DNA of 63,688 bases, the filler included, from Folioceros fuciformis (Eukaryota): the NCBI GenBank assembly GCA_049999805.1. It is 8 parts of 8 records of this genome, joined end to end, with 100 filler letters (N's around TTAATTAATTAA, not from the genome) between each part and the next. Parts side by side here need not be neighbours in the genome. Positions count along the whole stretch, not along the records: positions 19,092 to 29,223 come from JBNGIO010001090.1; positions 29,324 to 33,760 come from JBNGIO010001092.1; positions 33,861 to 43,034 come from JBNGIO010001093.1; 5 more parts are not named here. One strand, given 5' to 3'. This document shows positions 24,334 to 36,419 of the stretch, one piece after another. Every line of letters starts with the position of its first letter. The first letter of the stretch is position 1. Both the position numbers and the translations under genes were made by a program. The notes below the pieces were generated by a model, which saw only the letters and a program-made list of their open reading frames with translations, was not told where the DNA came from and ran no database searches.

Positions 24334-27300
24334 ATGGGCTCGAGGGGGAGGAAGCAGATGACAATTGGACAGCGTCCAGTTTCTGAACTGGACCGTATCA
24401 ACATTGAGGACCGGCTAGAGGAGTTCAGAGCCAGTCCAGCAATTGAGATGACATTTGAGAGTGACTTGAGCAATCATGACAGAGCAGTGGTGCATGACTT
24501 CTGCAAAAAGATGGGGTTCAAGTCCAAGAGCTACGGCAAGGGTGCCGAACGAAGTGTCACTGTGTCCAAGTCTGCTGTGGACAATTTGAAGACAAAAGAA
24601 ACACAGCTCTCCATTTCAGCTAATACGCAGAACGTCATTTCAGAGCTTTTTACACGGTTCCCTCCAACTGAAGAGGAAGAGGAAGAGCTGAAACATATGA
24701 GGGGGCCTGAGAATTCTCGGCCTGCTCACAGAAAGCCTGTCCGTGCCCAAGCCCCACTCGCTGCCACTGACATTGCAAAACAGGTAGCATCCTTGGCTGA
24801 TCGCATCAAAAGGCTACCAGCGCTGCAGCAGATAGTACACGAAAGATCAAAGCTGCCAATTGCCCAATATGAGGACGCAATTACTTCAGCTGTAGATAAC
24901 CATCAGGTTGTCCTGATTGCTGGAGAAACAGGCTGTGGAAAGACCACGCAAGTGCCTCAGTTCATTCTTCAGCATATGTGGTCTGAAGGTAAGGCGTGCA
25001 GGGTAATATGTACGCAGCCACGACGAATTTCAGCCATTTCTGTGGCTGAGCGCATAGCTGCTGAAAGAGGGGAGCCTGTGGGTACTACCGTTGGCTATCA
25101 GATACGGCTAGAAACTAAAGGAGGAAGACATAGTTCTTTGATGTTCCAGACTAATGGTGTCCTCCTGCGGAAGCTGGTGAAGTGCGGAGGGCATTCAGCA
25201 AGAGATGCAGATGCTGATGATGAGTCGGAAGATGGGGTGGATGCCACACATGTAATTGTGGATGAAATTCATGAGCGCGATCGGAATGCTGATTTCCTGT
25301 TGATAGTGTTGCGGGATCTGCTTCCAGTCAGGCCAGATTTACGCCTAATTTTGATGAGTGCCACTCTCGACTCAGACTTGTTTTCTCGATACTTTGGGGG
25401 TTGTCCTGTCATTACTGTTCCTGGTTTCACGTATCCTGTGCGAACTTATTTTTTGGAAGATGTGCTCAGCTTGCTGGAGACTCCAAGTGCAGAAGCAGAG
25501 AAAGTGGATGACCAAGCAGGGGATCAGCTAATTGTTGACCAGGGTGATGCTGATGCTATGGACAATGCTATGGCGGTAGCCTGGTTAGATGATGATTTCG
25601 AGGAGTTGATGAATTTGGTGACTGAGTGCCCACGACTTTGCAACTACCAGCATTCACATACGGGAGCTACGGCTCTGATGTTTGCCGCAGGCAAAGGACA
25701 TGTTGATGATGTGTCAACACTGCTATCGCTAGGGGGTGATATATCTATCACTTGTGAAGATGGAATGACGGCACTTGACTGGGCAAATAAGCATGGGCAA
25801 CTTGAGGCTGCTGCAAGGCTGTCCAGTTACAAGAGCAATGCGCAACAGAAGAAGTTTGGATTTGCCCAAGGTCCACCCTCGCAGGAGCAAATGGCTTTGT
25901 TGGCAAAGTATCAGAGCAATACAGACCAGGAGGAAATCGATGTGGTTCTCATTGAACGTTTATTGTGTCACATATGCAGGACATCCTCTGACGACGGGTT
26001 TGGAGCCATCTTAGTGTTCCTGCCAGGCTGGGATGACATCTCAAGGATGATGCAACAGCTGGCAACCTCTAGCTTTTTTGCTGTGAAGGCCAATTATTTA
26101 ATCCTTCCGTTGCATTCTATGGTGCCTTCAAGTGAGCAGAAAAAAGTTTTCAAACGTCCACCCACAGGTGTACGCAAGATTGTTCTTGCAACTAATATTG
26201 CTGAAACTGCGATTACTATCGATGATGTTGTATTTGTCATTGACTCGGGCCGTGCAAAGGAGAAAAGCTATGATCCATACACAAATGTGTCCACTTTGCA
26301 AACAGCGTGGATCTCCAAAGCTAGTTTGCGACAGAGAGGAGGGCGAGCAGGCCGCTGTCAGCCAGGAGTATGTTATCATCTGGTGTCTAGGTTAAGGGTA
26401 GACGCCATGACTGAGTACCAACTGCCTGAAATCAAAAGAGCCCCACTTGAAGAGCTGTGTCTTCAGGTTAAGTTGATGCAGCCTGACGGAATAATTTCCA
26501 CATTCTTATCCAAGGCCATTGATCCTCCACTTCCCTTGGCTGTGCAAAATGCTGTGATTTTGTTGCAAGACATCGGAGCACTAACAGGAGACGAAAAGTT
26601 AACCGAGCTGGGGAGACAGCTCGGGTCACTGCCTGTACATCCTGCAACAAGTAAAATGTTACTCTTCTCTATACTGATGAATTGTCTTGACCCTGCTCTA
26701 ACTATTGCGTGTGCGGGCAGCTACCGAGATCCTTTTGTTTTGCCTATAGCGCCTTGGGAGAAGTTGCGTGCAGCTGCAGCCAAGCGAGAATTTGCAGCTA
26801 GATTTGGGGGTTACAGTGATCACTTAGCAGTGGTTGCTGCCTTTGAGGGTTGGAAAGCTGCCAAAGCAGCTGGGAGGGAGCAGCAGTTCTGTTCAGAGAA
26901 TTTCGTTTCAGGTGGAACTATGGCTATGCTGTCTGGTATGCGGAAGCAGCTACAACGAGAGCTTGCTCAAAAAGGATTCATTTCAAGTGAACACCATGCT
27001 TGCAGTTTGAACGCAGGGGATCCTGGTATTGTGCGGGCTGTGATAGCCGCTGGCTTGTATCCAATGATTGGAACACTTCTACCACCGCTGTCAGGTAATC
27101 AAAAAGTTCTGGTGCAAACTTCCAGAGGACAGAAAGTGCGAATTCATCCACATTCTGCGAACTTTGAGTTGAATCGCAAGAATCATAAGGAATATCAGGG
27201 GGCTGTGATCGCGTTTGATGAGATAACTCGAGGAGAGAGACAGGTGTATCTGAAAAACAGTACGTTGGTCAAACCACACCCTGTACTTATTATCTCAACG

Positions 27301-28029
27301 GAGATGGTAGTTAAACCAGTCCAGCACTCTGAAGAACAGCATGTTCTCCTTTCCAATCATGGGCTTGCGGACGAACAAGATACTGACAGCGAGGAAGATG
27401 TAAAGGATCGGCCAGATATGGATGTTGAGAGAGAGCAAAAGCAGATAATGTCTCGTCCAGAAAACTTGGTCATTGTAGTGTTGGATAGATGGCTGGAGTT
27501 CCAAGCAACTGCTCTGGAAGCAGCAGCGCTCTTCCATTTAAGAAGGAGAATGCTTGCGGCTATCAAGTACAAAATAGAACAGCCTCGTGCACCCCTTCCA
27601 GATATGCTTGCTTTTTCTGTCTATACTGTCGCCTGCTTGCTGTCTTATGATGGTGTTCTGGATCTCCAACCCGTTGACCAGTCTCAGTTGGCAGCTCGTC
27701 AGCCACAGTTGAGGGGTTCCTGGGCTGCAAGGAATCAGCCAAGTGCCAGCATCCGTGGCAACAATTCTGCAGGAGGCACCCTCCGTGGCAATGGTCTTGG
27801 GCTTGGCACAAGTGCTGGAAAACCTTCTCAAAGGTCAGATAGGCATGTTGGTGGCCCAGAATCATCACCGAATGGTGGTGGCAATAATGGCTTTAGAGGA
27901 AGGGGTGAGGTGCGCCGAGGAGGGAGGGGAGGGACTCGCCAGGAAGGAAGAGGTGGACCCTCCAACCACAGTGCAGGTACTACTAGAGGTCGAGACCGGA
28001 AGAGACCCCGCAGAGGTGGTGCTGGCTAA
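24334..28029 (+). CDS. DExH-box RNA helicase, YTHDC2/HVT1/NIH type (R3H, DExH core with ankyrin insert, HA2/OB, RGG tail); coding region intronless
   Basis: Continuous ORF with R3H (DRAVVH), GETGCGKTT, DEIH, SAT, ankyrin-like TALMFAAGKG/TALDWA, LATNIAETAITIDDV, QRGGRAGR and RG-rich C-terminus. Confidence 0.93.
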   Translation: MGSRGRKQMTIGQRPVSELDRINIEDRLEEFRASPAIEMTFESDLSNHDRAVVHDFCKKMGFKSKSYGKGAERSVTVSKSAVDNLKTKETQLSISANTQNVISELFTRFPPTEEEEEELKHMRGPENSRPAHRKPVRAQAPLAATDIAKQVASLADRIKRLPALQQIVHERSKLPIAQYEDAITSAVDNHQVVLIAGETGCGKTTQVPQFILQHMWSEGKACRVICTQPRRISAISVAERIAAERGEPVGTTVGYQIRLETKGGRHSSLMFQTNGVLLRKLVKCGGHSARDADADDESEDGVDATHVIVDEIHERDRNADFLLIVLRDLLPVRPDLRLILMSATLDSDLFSRYFGGCPVITVPGFTYPVRTYFLEDVLSLLETPSAEAEKVDDQAGDQLIVDQGDADAMDNAMAVAWLDDDFEELMNLVTECPRLCNYQHSHTGATALMFAAGKGHVDDVSTLLSLGGDISITCEDGMTALDWANKHGQLEAAARLSSYKSNAQQKKFGFAQGPPSQEQMALLAKYQSNTDQEEIDVVLIERLLCHICRTSSDDGFGAILVFLPGWDDISRMMQQLATSSFFAVKANYLILPLHSMVPSSEQKKVFKRPPTGVRKIVLATNIAETAITIDDVVFVIDSGRAKEKSYDPYTNVSTLQTAWISKASLRQRGGRAGRCQPGVCYHLVSRLRVDAMTEYQLPEIKRAPLEELCLQVKLMQPDGIISTFLSKAIDPPLPLAVQNAVILLQDIGALTGDEKLTELGRQLGSLPVHPATSKMLLFSILMNCLDPALTIACAGSYRDPFVLPIAPWEKLRAAAAKREFAARFGGYSDHLAVVAAFEGWKAAKAAGREQQFCSENFVSGGTMAMLSGMRKQLQRELAQKGFISSEHHACSLNAGDPGIVRAVIAAGLYPMIGTLLPPLSGNQKVLVQTSRGQKVRIHPHSANFELNRKNHKEYQGAVIAFDEITRGERQVYLKNSTLVKPHPVLIISTEMVVKPVQHSEEQHVLLSNHGLADEQDTDSEEDVKDRPDMDVEREQKQIMSRPENLVIVVLDRWLEFQATALEAAALFHLRRRMLAAIKYKIEQPRAPLPDMLAFSVYTVACLLSYDGVLDLQPVDQSQLAARQPQLRGSWAARNQPSASIRGNNSAGGTLRGNGLGLGTSAGKPSQRSDRHVGGPESSPNGGGNNGFRGRGEVRRGGRGGTRQEGRGGPSNHSAGTTRGRDRKRPRRGGAG

Positions 28030-28804
28030 TCTATTTGGAATCCCACACGTTTAGACAAAATACATGGTGCTAAGACATCAAAGCTCAGGGCTTCTTGCTG
28101 TAATGTCGGCAAAGTACGCTGATCTGAGGTTTCTACCTCGCATTTTCCAGGTGGCTCGCGGGTAAGATATGATACAAGATGGGTGGCCAGGGATACGAGT
28201 TGACATGGGTGCCTTATCCTTTTCCTTTGCGGATGGATACTGCTCACAGGCACATATTATCCTCAGGTAAACAGGCATATTGGAGCCAAGGCCGCAGTAC
28301 CCACAAGCGTAGAAGTCTGTGCAGATGCTTTTGTGCAAATAGTTGACTAGAAATTTGTTTACTAAGGTTTTCGCAGTATGCCTTCCGTCTATGGGGTGGT
28401 TGTAATTCATAACGAAGCAGCTGTGAAATTACGGTGACGTCTGTTTTGGTAACCGCGAGGTGCACTTGTCATGTTGCTGCCAGGGTCTGAAATGATGAAG
28501 GTCGTTTGGGTTCATTCACGAAGGTCGAATGAGCAGCGTTCAGCCTAATCAACGCCCCCTGTCTACCCGTTGTTGCTTTCGGCTAAGCGCCATCCAGGTC
28601 AGAAGAGAGAGATCCAGTTAGTTGGAAAGCATAGCTTCCGCTGTACATCTCTCCCATTAGAAGCCGGTACTTGAATATCACTCTGTTTGAGTTTGTTCTA
28701 ACGTTGCGAGGGGAACCCTGTCCAGAGTCTTGCGGGGTTTGGAGGAAGAGGAGGTGCAGGGGGAAGAGGAGAAGGTGCAAGAGGCGGAAGTTCTCTTCAG
28801 CACT

Positions 28805-28950
28805 CAACGCTATAGCTTCTACCACGAGTTAGTGACTTTCTGACAGATTCTGCACTTATGTTGTAGCTTCTAGCACGTGTTAGTGACATTCTGGCAGATT
28901 CTACAACGCTATAAGCTTGTAGCACGAGTTAGTGACGTTCTGACACGTTC
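28805..28950. repeat. ~50-bp tandem repeat, 3 copies
   Basis: CACG(A/T)GTTAGTGAC..TTCTG core at about 28823, 28874 and 28923. Confidence 0.75.
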
Positions 28951-29323
28951 CAGTACCGTACACCGTGTGTGACACACTCATATCAAAGCGGTAGCTGGTT
29001 TAAACGCTATCTCCCGATCCTTCCTCCCGAATAATAAGTTCGCAACTTCGTGGCCGTCACACGGGAAGGGACTCTGGGACTTCTCACTCTTTAGCAAGCG
29101 CAGTTGACGCGTGCAAGAGATCACTGTGAGCGCAAAGAGCTAGCCTAGGATCGGGGCGTAAACTCACGTGGCTAGAAATTATGTACGCTATATCTCGTGG
29201 GGCTTCTCCCCTGTAACCCAGGTNNNNNNNNNNNNNNNNNNNNNNNNNNNNNNNNNNNNNNNNNNNNTTAATTAATTAANNNNNNNNNNNNNNNNNNNNN
29301 NNNNNNNNNNNNNNNNNNNNNNN

Positions 29324-32300
29324 GCCCAGTCAGCATCACAGTATCCTATGAGGGTAAGGTCTTCCTCTCCATCGCTTCGTCTTGTGTAGTGAATTCCATG
29401 GCCACTAGTCCCTTTGAGATACCTCAGAATTCTCTTGGTTGCTGACCAATGGGCTCTGCCTGGCTCCTTCAGGTATTGGGACACCAAACTAACTGGCAGA
29501 GCAACATCTGGTCGAGTGTGATTTGAGCAAAATATGAGTGACCCCACTGCTTGTGCGTATGGCACAGCCTCCATCTCATGCTTCTCTTGGGCAGTCTGTG
29601 GAGACTGTTGAACAGACAACTTGCAACCAGCTTCAAGAGGAGTGGGAGCTGTCTTGGCTTCAGTAAGTTTATACTTGAACAACATATCATAAATGTACTT
29701 TTCTTGATGAACTGACAATGTTCCGCTGACAGTGTCTCTCTGAAGCTGAGTTCCAAGGCAGTAGGAAAGCTCTCCAACATCCACCATGTCGAAACGACCC
29801 GACAGCAGACCTTTAACACGGGTAATCCCTTCCATGTGTGTTCCCAGCAAAATACAATCATCTACATAGAGTGCCAAAATAACAAAACCACCTTTCTCTT
29901 GCAGAAGATACACGTTTGTGTCAGCAACGCTTTTAAGGAAGCCTAGACCTATCAAAAATTCATCTATGCACTCGTACCACGAACGAGGACTCTGTTTGAG
30001 ACCATATAAGGTCTTCAAGAGCTTACACACCCAATCCTCACTTCCGGTAAGCTCATATCCCTCAGGCTGCTGCATGAAGATCTCTTCCTCTAATTTCCCA
30101 TGTAGGAATGCCGTTTTAACATCCATTTGGTGGATGTGCAGGGAAAAGAAAGCAGACATAGCAAACAGAACTCTCAGGGACTGAGCCTTTACAACAGGGG
30201 AGAAGGTGTCATGATAGTCTAAACCAGGGACTTGTGAGAAACCACGGGCTACTAACCTAGCCTTGTACCTAGCTATGCTTCCATCAGCTTTGTATTTGAG
30301 TTTAAACACCCATTTTGAGGTAACTATCTTCCTCCCCACAGGCGGAGGACAGAGCTCCCATGTGTTGTTTTGTATAAGGGAGTCATACTCCGACTGTATA
30401 GCCGCTTTCCAGTGTGTAGCGTCTTGTCCGCTAATGGCCTCAGCATAAGTAGAAGGCTCATAGCCTGGATTGAGAGAAAGATTCACCATGTCGACAACTA
30501 CCTCATCAGAGCCAGAACCATGGGGACGAGGTACTTGCTTGAAATCTTCACTCCTGTAAGGAGGCTCTCTCCACTATTCTGGTGGTCTCCGAATTCGGGT
30601 AGAGCGCCTAGGGGGTTCTGGCTGAGGGACAGGAATAACATACTCCACGGGGTCATCCACAGACCAGGCCTCAGACAGCTCATCATGTAACGGGACAGGG
30701 CGGACAGGATCATCATCAACATCTGACTGATCATGTGGGAGCAAGGGAGGCTGATCATCTCCATACGACCTCTCATCAGGGGCTGGCGGGGGTTGGCCAG
30801 GGTCTGGATTAGCAGGCGGTAAGGGCAGTTTTGCAGGATCTTGTACTAAATCAGAAGGGTCTATGTCGGGAAAACTAACGATATCTTGTGGTTCCTCCCC
30901 TGCATCTACAAAGTGCTCAAGTTCAACAGTTTCTTCGTCGAGAAAGTCACTAAAGGAGTGGGAAGGAATGGATAGTACAAGACGTTCATCAAACGCAACA
31001 GTCCTTGCATGGATCACCTTCCTTGTGACAGGTTCGAACAATTTGTAGCCATGAATACCCGGAGTGTATCCTATGAAGATGTGTCTTTTAGACTTAAAAG
31101 AAAACTTGTGACGTAGCTGATCAGGAATGTGCGAATATGCAGTGCTTCCAAAGACTCTAAGATGTGACAAATCGGGTTTGCTTCCTGTCCAGGCTTCAAA
31201 AGGTGTGATACCCTGTAAGGAAGAAATAGCTGACCTATTCTGCAAGTAAGTGGCTACCTGGACAGCTTCTGCCCAGAAGCGTATTGGCAGCCTCCCTTGA
31301 TAAAGAAGTGACCTTGCAGCATCTTGAATAGTCCTGTGGTGGCGTTCAGCACGCCCATTCATGTCAGAATGATACGGGATTGTCAACTGCCTGGTAATCC
31401 CCTTCTCCTGACAGTACTCTTGAAAAGCATTGGAAAGGTACTCCTTCCCATTGTCCGAACGAATACACTTAAGCTTAAAGCCTGTTTGTCGTTCTGCATA
31501 TGCTAGATAACGCTTAAAGTTGGAGAACACCTCACTCTTGTGACGAAGGAGCTCAGTGACAGTGAAGTGGGATCTGTCATCTTCAAATACAACAAAATAC
31601 CGAGCTCCTCCCCATGAGGTAACTGACATTGGTCCACAAATATCGGTATGAACCAGATCCAGCAGTTCTGTAGCTTTACGAGGATTTCCGCTGCCAAAGT
31701 GTGACTTAAACTGTTTGCCATGGACACAGGCAACACATAAGTCAAGATCAGGTAACTCACCCTCAACAAAACCTGTTACCATTTTCTCCTTCAACAGTCG
31801 CCTCATAGCTTTGATATTCGGGTGTCCAAGTCTACAATGCCACTTAAAGGCATTTGAAGGTTGCTTAATAACATTCGTACTGGTGGCAGGTGCAGAAAAC
31901 TCATTCGATGGCAAGTCTGAGACAAAATCCAGCAGATACAGATCCAACTGTGGTTTCCCACGAGCAATGATGACTGAAGGTGCTGTCAGCCTATAAATGG
32001 TACACTCCACTCCTTCGAATGTAATTCTATACTTGTTAGTTTTCCCAAGTGCCATTGTACTAACAAGATTCTTGGTAATGGCAGGAACATGTAAAGCATT
32101 CTCCAAAAGCAGAAAACTACCATCCTGTAAGGTAACTTGTACTGTGCCTGTTCCTTTTATTGGAATTGTCGAGTTGTCACCTAACACAACAGCTGTCTGG
32201 TGACATGTCGGAAAAGCTTCATACGTAATGAAGGACTTTCTCCTAAAACACATATGGTTCGAAGCTCCACTATCCAGATACCATCTCTGACAGTCCTTTC

Positions 32301-33760
32301 TAGATGAGGTAAGGCACGCAACTAGCAGTCCTGGAGTGGAGGCTCGAGCAGTATGAGCCTCAGCAGGATGTTTGCCTTTAGCACCTTCATCTCTGATTCT
32401 TTTACGACAGTCTTTTATCCAGTGACCAGGTTTGCCGCAGTAGTTACAATTTCCTGATTTGGTGGAAGACGAGGAATTGGAATTGGGATGTGAACTAGCT
32501 GGGGTAGAAGGCTGAAACTGACCTCTACCTCTCCCAAAGCCCCCTCTGCCTCTACCTCTCCCCCTGCCACGTCCTCTACCCCTCCCAGAGAAGAGGGCAG
32601 TGTCACTCTGTCTATGTGACGCAGAAGAACTACCTCCTTTCATATGCTTTCTGTTTGCTTCAAACTGTAAAAGGGCTGCTACGACCTTCTGAACAGTAAG
32701 ATTAGATGAGGAAGGAGTGGTTGCTGTAGCAGGGGTGACAACTGCTGATGTTTGGATGCTAGCACTGAACTGTTCAAAGCTTGGTGGGAGAGAGAGCAAT
32801 AATTGTACTGCTGCTCTTGACTCAGCTGTGATCACTCCGCAAGAAGCTAGTTTGGCTCTAGCAGCCCTAAACTTAGCAACATGACTCTCAACAGAATCAG
32901 TTTCTCTCATACGAAGTGTCTGAAATTGTAGGGTTGCAGCTGCCTCAGTTATCATATCCTTCGACTCATAGGTTTCTGATAACAGTGACCAGACCTCGTT
33001 TGAAGACTGCGTCAACTTTATATGAGGAATCATTTCCTGCGAGACAGAGGCCACCAGAATGGTACGTGCCTTCTTGTCTTTGTATGTCCACTCAAGCTCA
33101 TCTTTTCTTGTCCAGGGTACTTGATTTACCCCGTTCGGTGTCATGGTTCCAGATGGCTGACCAGTCACCTTTTTGGGAACAGTGCCATCAACCACTTCCA
33201 TCAGCAATTTCTCCTCAAGGATGCAGCTCACCCTAAAGCTCCAGGCATCGAAATTACTCGGAGTCAGCCAGTCCTTATCTTGCAACCGGTCTGATCCTGA
33301 GTCAAGATTAGTTGATCCTGACATGATGCCTGCAGAGCCGAGAACAAATTAGTTTGGTGCAGACAGGCGAGCAATTTGCTCCCTGAGACTGCTAATGTCG
33401 CTCTCTTGCTTTGCCATCGTCATGAGGTCTGAAATTCTCAGCCTTTCAAGTTGCTCCTGCCTAATTAGAACAGTATCTATTCGAGATGTGTATTCCAGAA
33501 CAGTTGTCTTGATATTCAGGATTGAGTTAAGAATAGCCTGATGTTCTGTAAAAACTTCTGGACGTGTTCTGGATTTCTGCTGACGTTGAGAGTTTGGTTG
33601 AACGTTGAATAGTTGTCCAGGATCAGATGCTGATGCACGGCTGTTTGCTGCAGATGTTTGTGAGTCAAGAAATGCGCCAAGAAACCGGGCTCTGTCTTCG
33701 ATTTCGGCAGCAGATGCTGCCTTCTTATAATATAGCTTCTCAAAGTCAGGCTCAGAATAG
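29324..33760 (-). mobile_element. Near-intact Ty1/copia internal region filling the whole contig (extra ORF, gag, PR, IN, RT, start of RNase H); LTRs not captured
   Basis: 916-aa ORF 33324-30574 (gag, CNYCGKPGHWIKDC, WYLDSGASNHM, integrase) continues in frame past one TAG into RT (YVDD) and RNase H start (GYCDADW). Confidence 0.96.
33349..33759 (-). CDS. Additional ORF upstream of copia gag (at least 136 aa, 5'-truncated), unknown product
   Basis: Stop-free frame from the contig edge: YSEPDFEKLYYKKAASAAEIEDRARFLGAFL...SDISSLREQIARLSAPN-TAA. Absent from the ORF track because its start is missing. Confidence 0.5.
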   Translation of the reverse strand, partial: YSEPDFEKLYYKKAASAAEIEDRARFLGAFLDSQTSAANSRASASDPGQLFNVQPNSQRQQKSRTRPEVFTEHQAILNSILNIKTTVLEYTSRIDTVLIRQEQLERLRISDLMTMAKQESDISSLREQIARLSAPN

Positions 33761-33909
33761 NNNNNNNNNNNNNNNNNNNNNNNNNNNNNNNNNNNNNNNN
33801 NNNNTTAATTAATTAANNNNNNNNNNNNNNNNNNNNNNNNNNNNNNNNNNNNNNNNNNNNCGTTCAAATGGAATTGCAGCAGATTTGAAGGACTGAAGGT
33901 GGCATTGCT

Positions 33910-34017
33910 GTATGGCCGGTACGATTCCCGCATCTTCGTGGCTGGGGCCAGTGGCAGGGGGCAGTGGCATCTCCCCGTTTCTGTCTATGCTCACAGAGCT
34001 GAATCACATCTATCTCC
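33910..34017 (+). pseudogene. Ferric reduction oxidase (FRO)-like NAD-binding domain fragment, left half
   Basis: Reads RYDSRIFVAG / VAGGSGISPFLSMLTEL, with a small frameshifting duplication. Confidence 0.65.
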
Positions 34018-34222
34018 TGTCTCAAATTGAGAACGGTGAGACTGTAAATCGATCCTGTGTATTGTGAATAGGAGAACTGTACATGCTCTCTTCGGAGAGC
34101 ATATGAGAGATGCGTCACGAAGAGTCACGACTGTTCATGAACGGGCATGATCACTGAAGTCCTAATTACTGAAGTCCTAATTCCACGGTCAGCTTATGTG
34201 TATGTTTTCTTACATGCCCACA
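34018..34222 (-). repeat. 3' LTR
   Basis: Aligns with 39523-39713. Carries a 15-nt internal duplication ACTGAAGTCCTAATT. Adjacent to the PPT. Confidence 0.92.
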
Positions 34223-34235
34223 CACCCCCTTAAGC

Positions 34236-34400
34236 GGGAGATTGGGATATCATGAATGATCTATGAGGGGGAGATTGGGACATCATGAATGATCTATGAG
34301 GAGGAGATTGGGACATCATGAATGATCTATGAGGAGGAGATTGGGACATCATGAATGATCTATGAGGGGGGAGATTGGGACATCATGAATGATCTATGAG
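34236..34400. repeat. 33-34-bp tandem repeat, 5 copies
   Basis: GAGATTGGGACATCATGAATGATCTATGAG at 34238, 34271, 34304, 34337 and 34371. Confidence 0.92.
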
Positions 34401-36020
34401 TCCTAATGCGCGGGTGAAGTGCGAGTGATCTCGGCCAGAGACTTGGTAAATATGTCTGCTATCTGGTCCCACAGGTGGGGTACAATTCTCCACTCTCAAC
34501 CTTCGTGCGTAAGAAGTGATAACGAATTTCAATGTGCTTAGATAGTTCGTGGAAACGAAGATCATTGGAGAGCAGAATGGCTGCCTGATTATCGCAATGG
34601 ATTTCGATGGGTCCGTCATGTGGGTAGCCAAAATTCTTCAATAGTTGAACCAACCAGAGGCCTTCCTTGGCGGCAGCGGCTGCTGCAATGTACTCCGATT
34701 CTGCAGAGCTTTGAGCTCTACAGAGCACCACCCCCTACCAATAGGAAAACGTAGCCACGTTGACTTCTGTGAGTCGGGATCCCCACCATAGTCAGCATCC
34801 GTCCAACTTCTAAGTTTGGATTGGGCTCCATGCCCACCTTGATATCTAATCCCCTTGCCCTTGGTACCTTGCAAGTACCTAAGGATAGCTTGACGGCGAC
34901 CCAATGGGCTTGGCCAGCGTTGGAGAGGAATTGTAATGTCAAGGAGGTTGGAAGAGCTATATGCGGCCTTGTATTCTGTACTAGGTGCTGAAGGCTGCCA
35001 ACCGCCCTAGCATATGGAATAGATTTCATTGCCTCTTGTTCTTGTGGTGTCTGCGGACACATAGTCTTGCTAAGGCGAGGGCCTAGCATATGGAATAGAT
35101 TTAATTGCCTCTTGTTCTTGTGGTGTTTGCGGACACATAGTCTTGCTAAGGCGAGGGCCTAGCATGTGGAATAGATTTCATTGCCTCTTGTTCTTGTGGT
35201 GTCTACGGACACATAGTCTGGTTAAGGCGAGGGCCTATTTGCATGGGAGTTTTAACTGGTTTACAATGGGTCATGTGGAACTTATCCAGAACATCAATTA
35301 CATACCGTTCCTTGTTACATACCGTTTCTTGTGTAAGGTAATACTCCGTTGAGAGGAATCATACGCAACTTGTATGCCGAGGCAAAATTGCATAATGCCA
35401 TTATCTATCATGGAGAACTTACAAATGAGTGCACCTTTGCATTCTGATAGGTATTTTGCATCATTAGAGATCGCGATTAGATCATCAACGTAGAAACCCA
35501 TCATTAGCATGTGAGAGCCTTCATGGTGAAAAGGTATTTTGCATCATTAGAGATCGTGATCAGATCATCAATGTAGAGACCCATCATTAGCATGTGAGAG
35601 CCTTCCTGGTGAAAAAGTATTTTGCATCATTAGAGATCATGATCAACGTAGAGACCCATCGTTAGCATGTGAGAGCCTTCTTAGTGAAAATGCTAGCATC
35701 AGCATCGCTCCTGGTATATCCCAGATCTTGAGGCATGTGAAAAGTTCTTCATACCATTCTTTACCAAATTGCTTGAGGTTGTAAAGACCTTTGTGGAGCA
35801 AGTAGACCAAGTCCTCTTGTCCTAGTTTTATGTATCCATCTGGCTGCCAGATATAAATTTCTACCTTTAGAGTACCATACAGATACGCGGTCACCGTACA
35901 TATATGCGGTCTGCACGTTGAGCTGATGGGTATGGAGATTATGCAGGGCTACTATAGAGAGGTCAGTTTGACAACTGGGGTGTAGACCCTATCACTTAAG
36001 TAATCGAGCCCATCACGCTG
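34400..36020 (-). pseudogene. Decayed copia RT/RNase H
   Basis: Fragments QRDGLDY..TPVVKLTSL, TAYLYGTL, LYNLKQ, FYVDD, WTDADYGGD, SAESEYIA, CDNQAAI and SKHIEIRYHF, broken by frameshifts and triplications. Confidence 0.9.
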
Positions 36021-36419
36021 AAGGGCTACTTACATTGAATGTTGGAACACCTCCGTCCATCGCGTAGTCTATGGAAATGAAATGGAGCTCCGTCCGTTAA
36101 AAGTAGGGAGCAACTCTACTTTTAATAGACAGAGCTATGTATATGTCAGAGCGGCTTCCCTCCCGTAACACCGTAACAGCTGACATATGTATTTTTTTAA
36201 GCACCCGAGATATATCTCGAGTGCATATGACCATCGGCTCATCTTCTTCCTTCGCTGTTTGTGGGGGACGGTTCCTTCGCTCTTCATTCTTTGTGCTGGA
36301 AAGTGAATGTGAAGTTACCCAATCTGTTCCCCATGGATCCGCTATCCCAATACAACATGTTGGCAACACAAGTAGCACTTTGTCCCAAGCGCATCTGGGC
36401 TATAAGTTTCAGCAATTTC

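Noticed and set aside
34236-34400. CRISPR-like appearance of the 33-bp, 29-bp (17790-18150) and 50-bp (28805-28950) repeats
   Set aside because: Head-to-tail tandem repeats without unique spacers, no cas genes, eukaryotic context.
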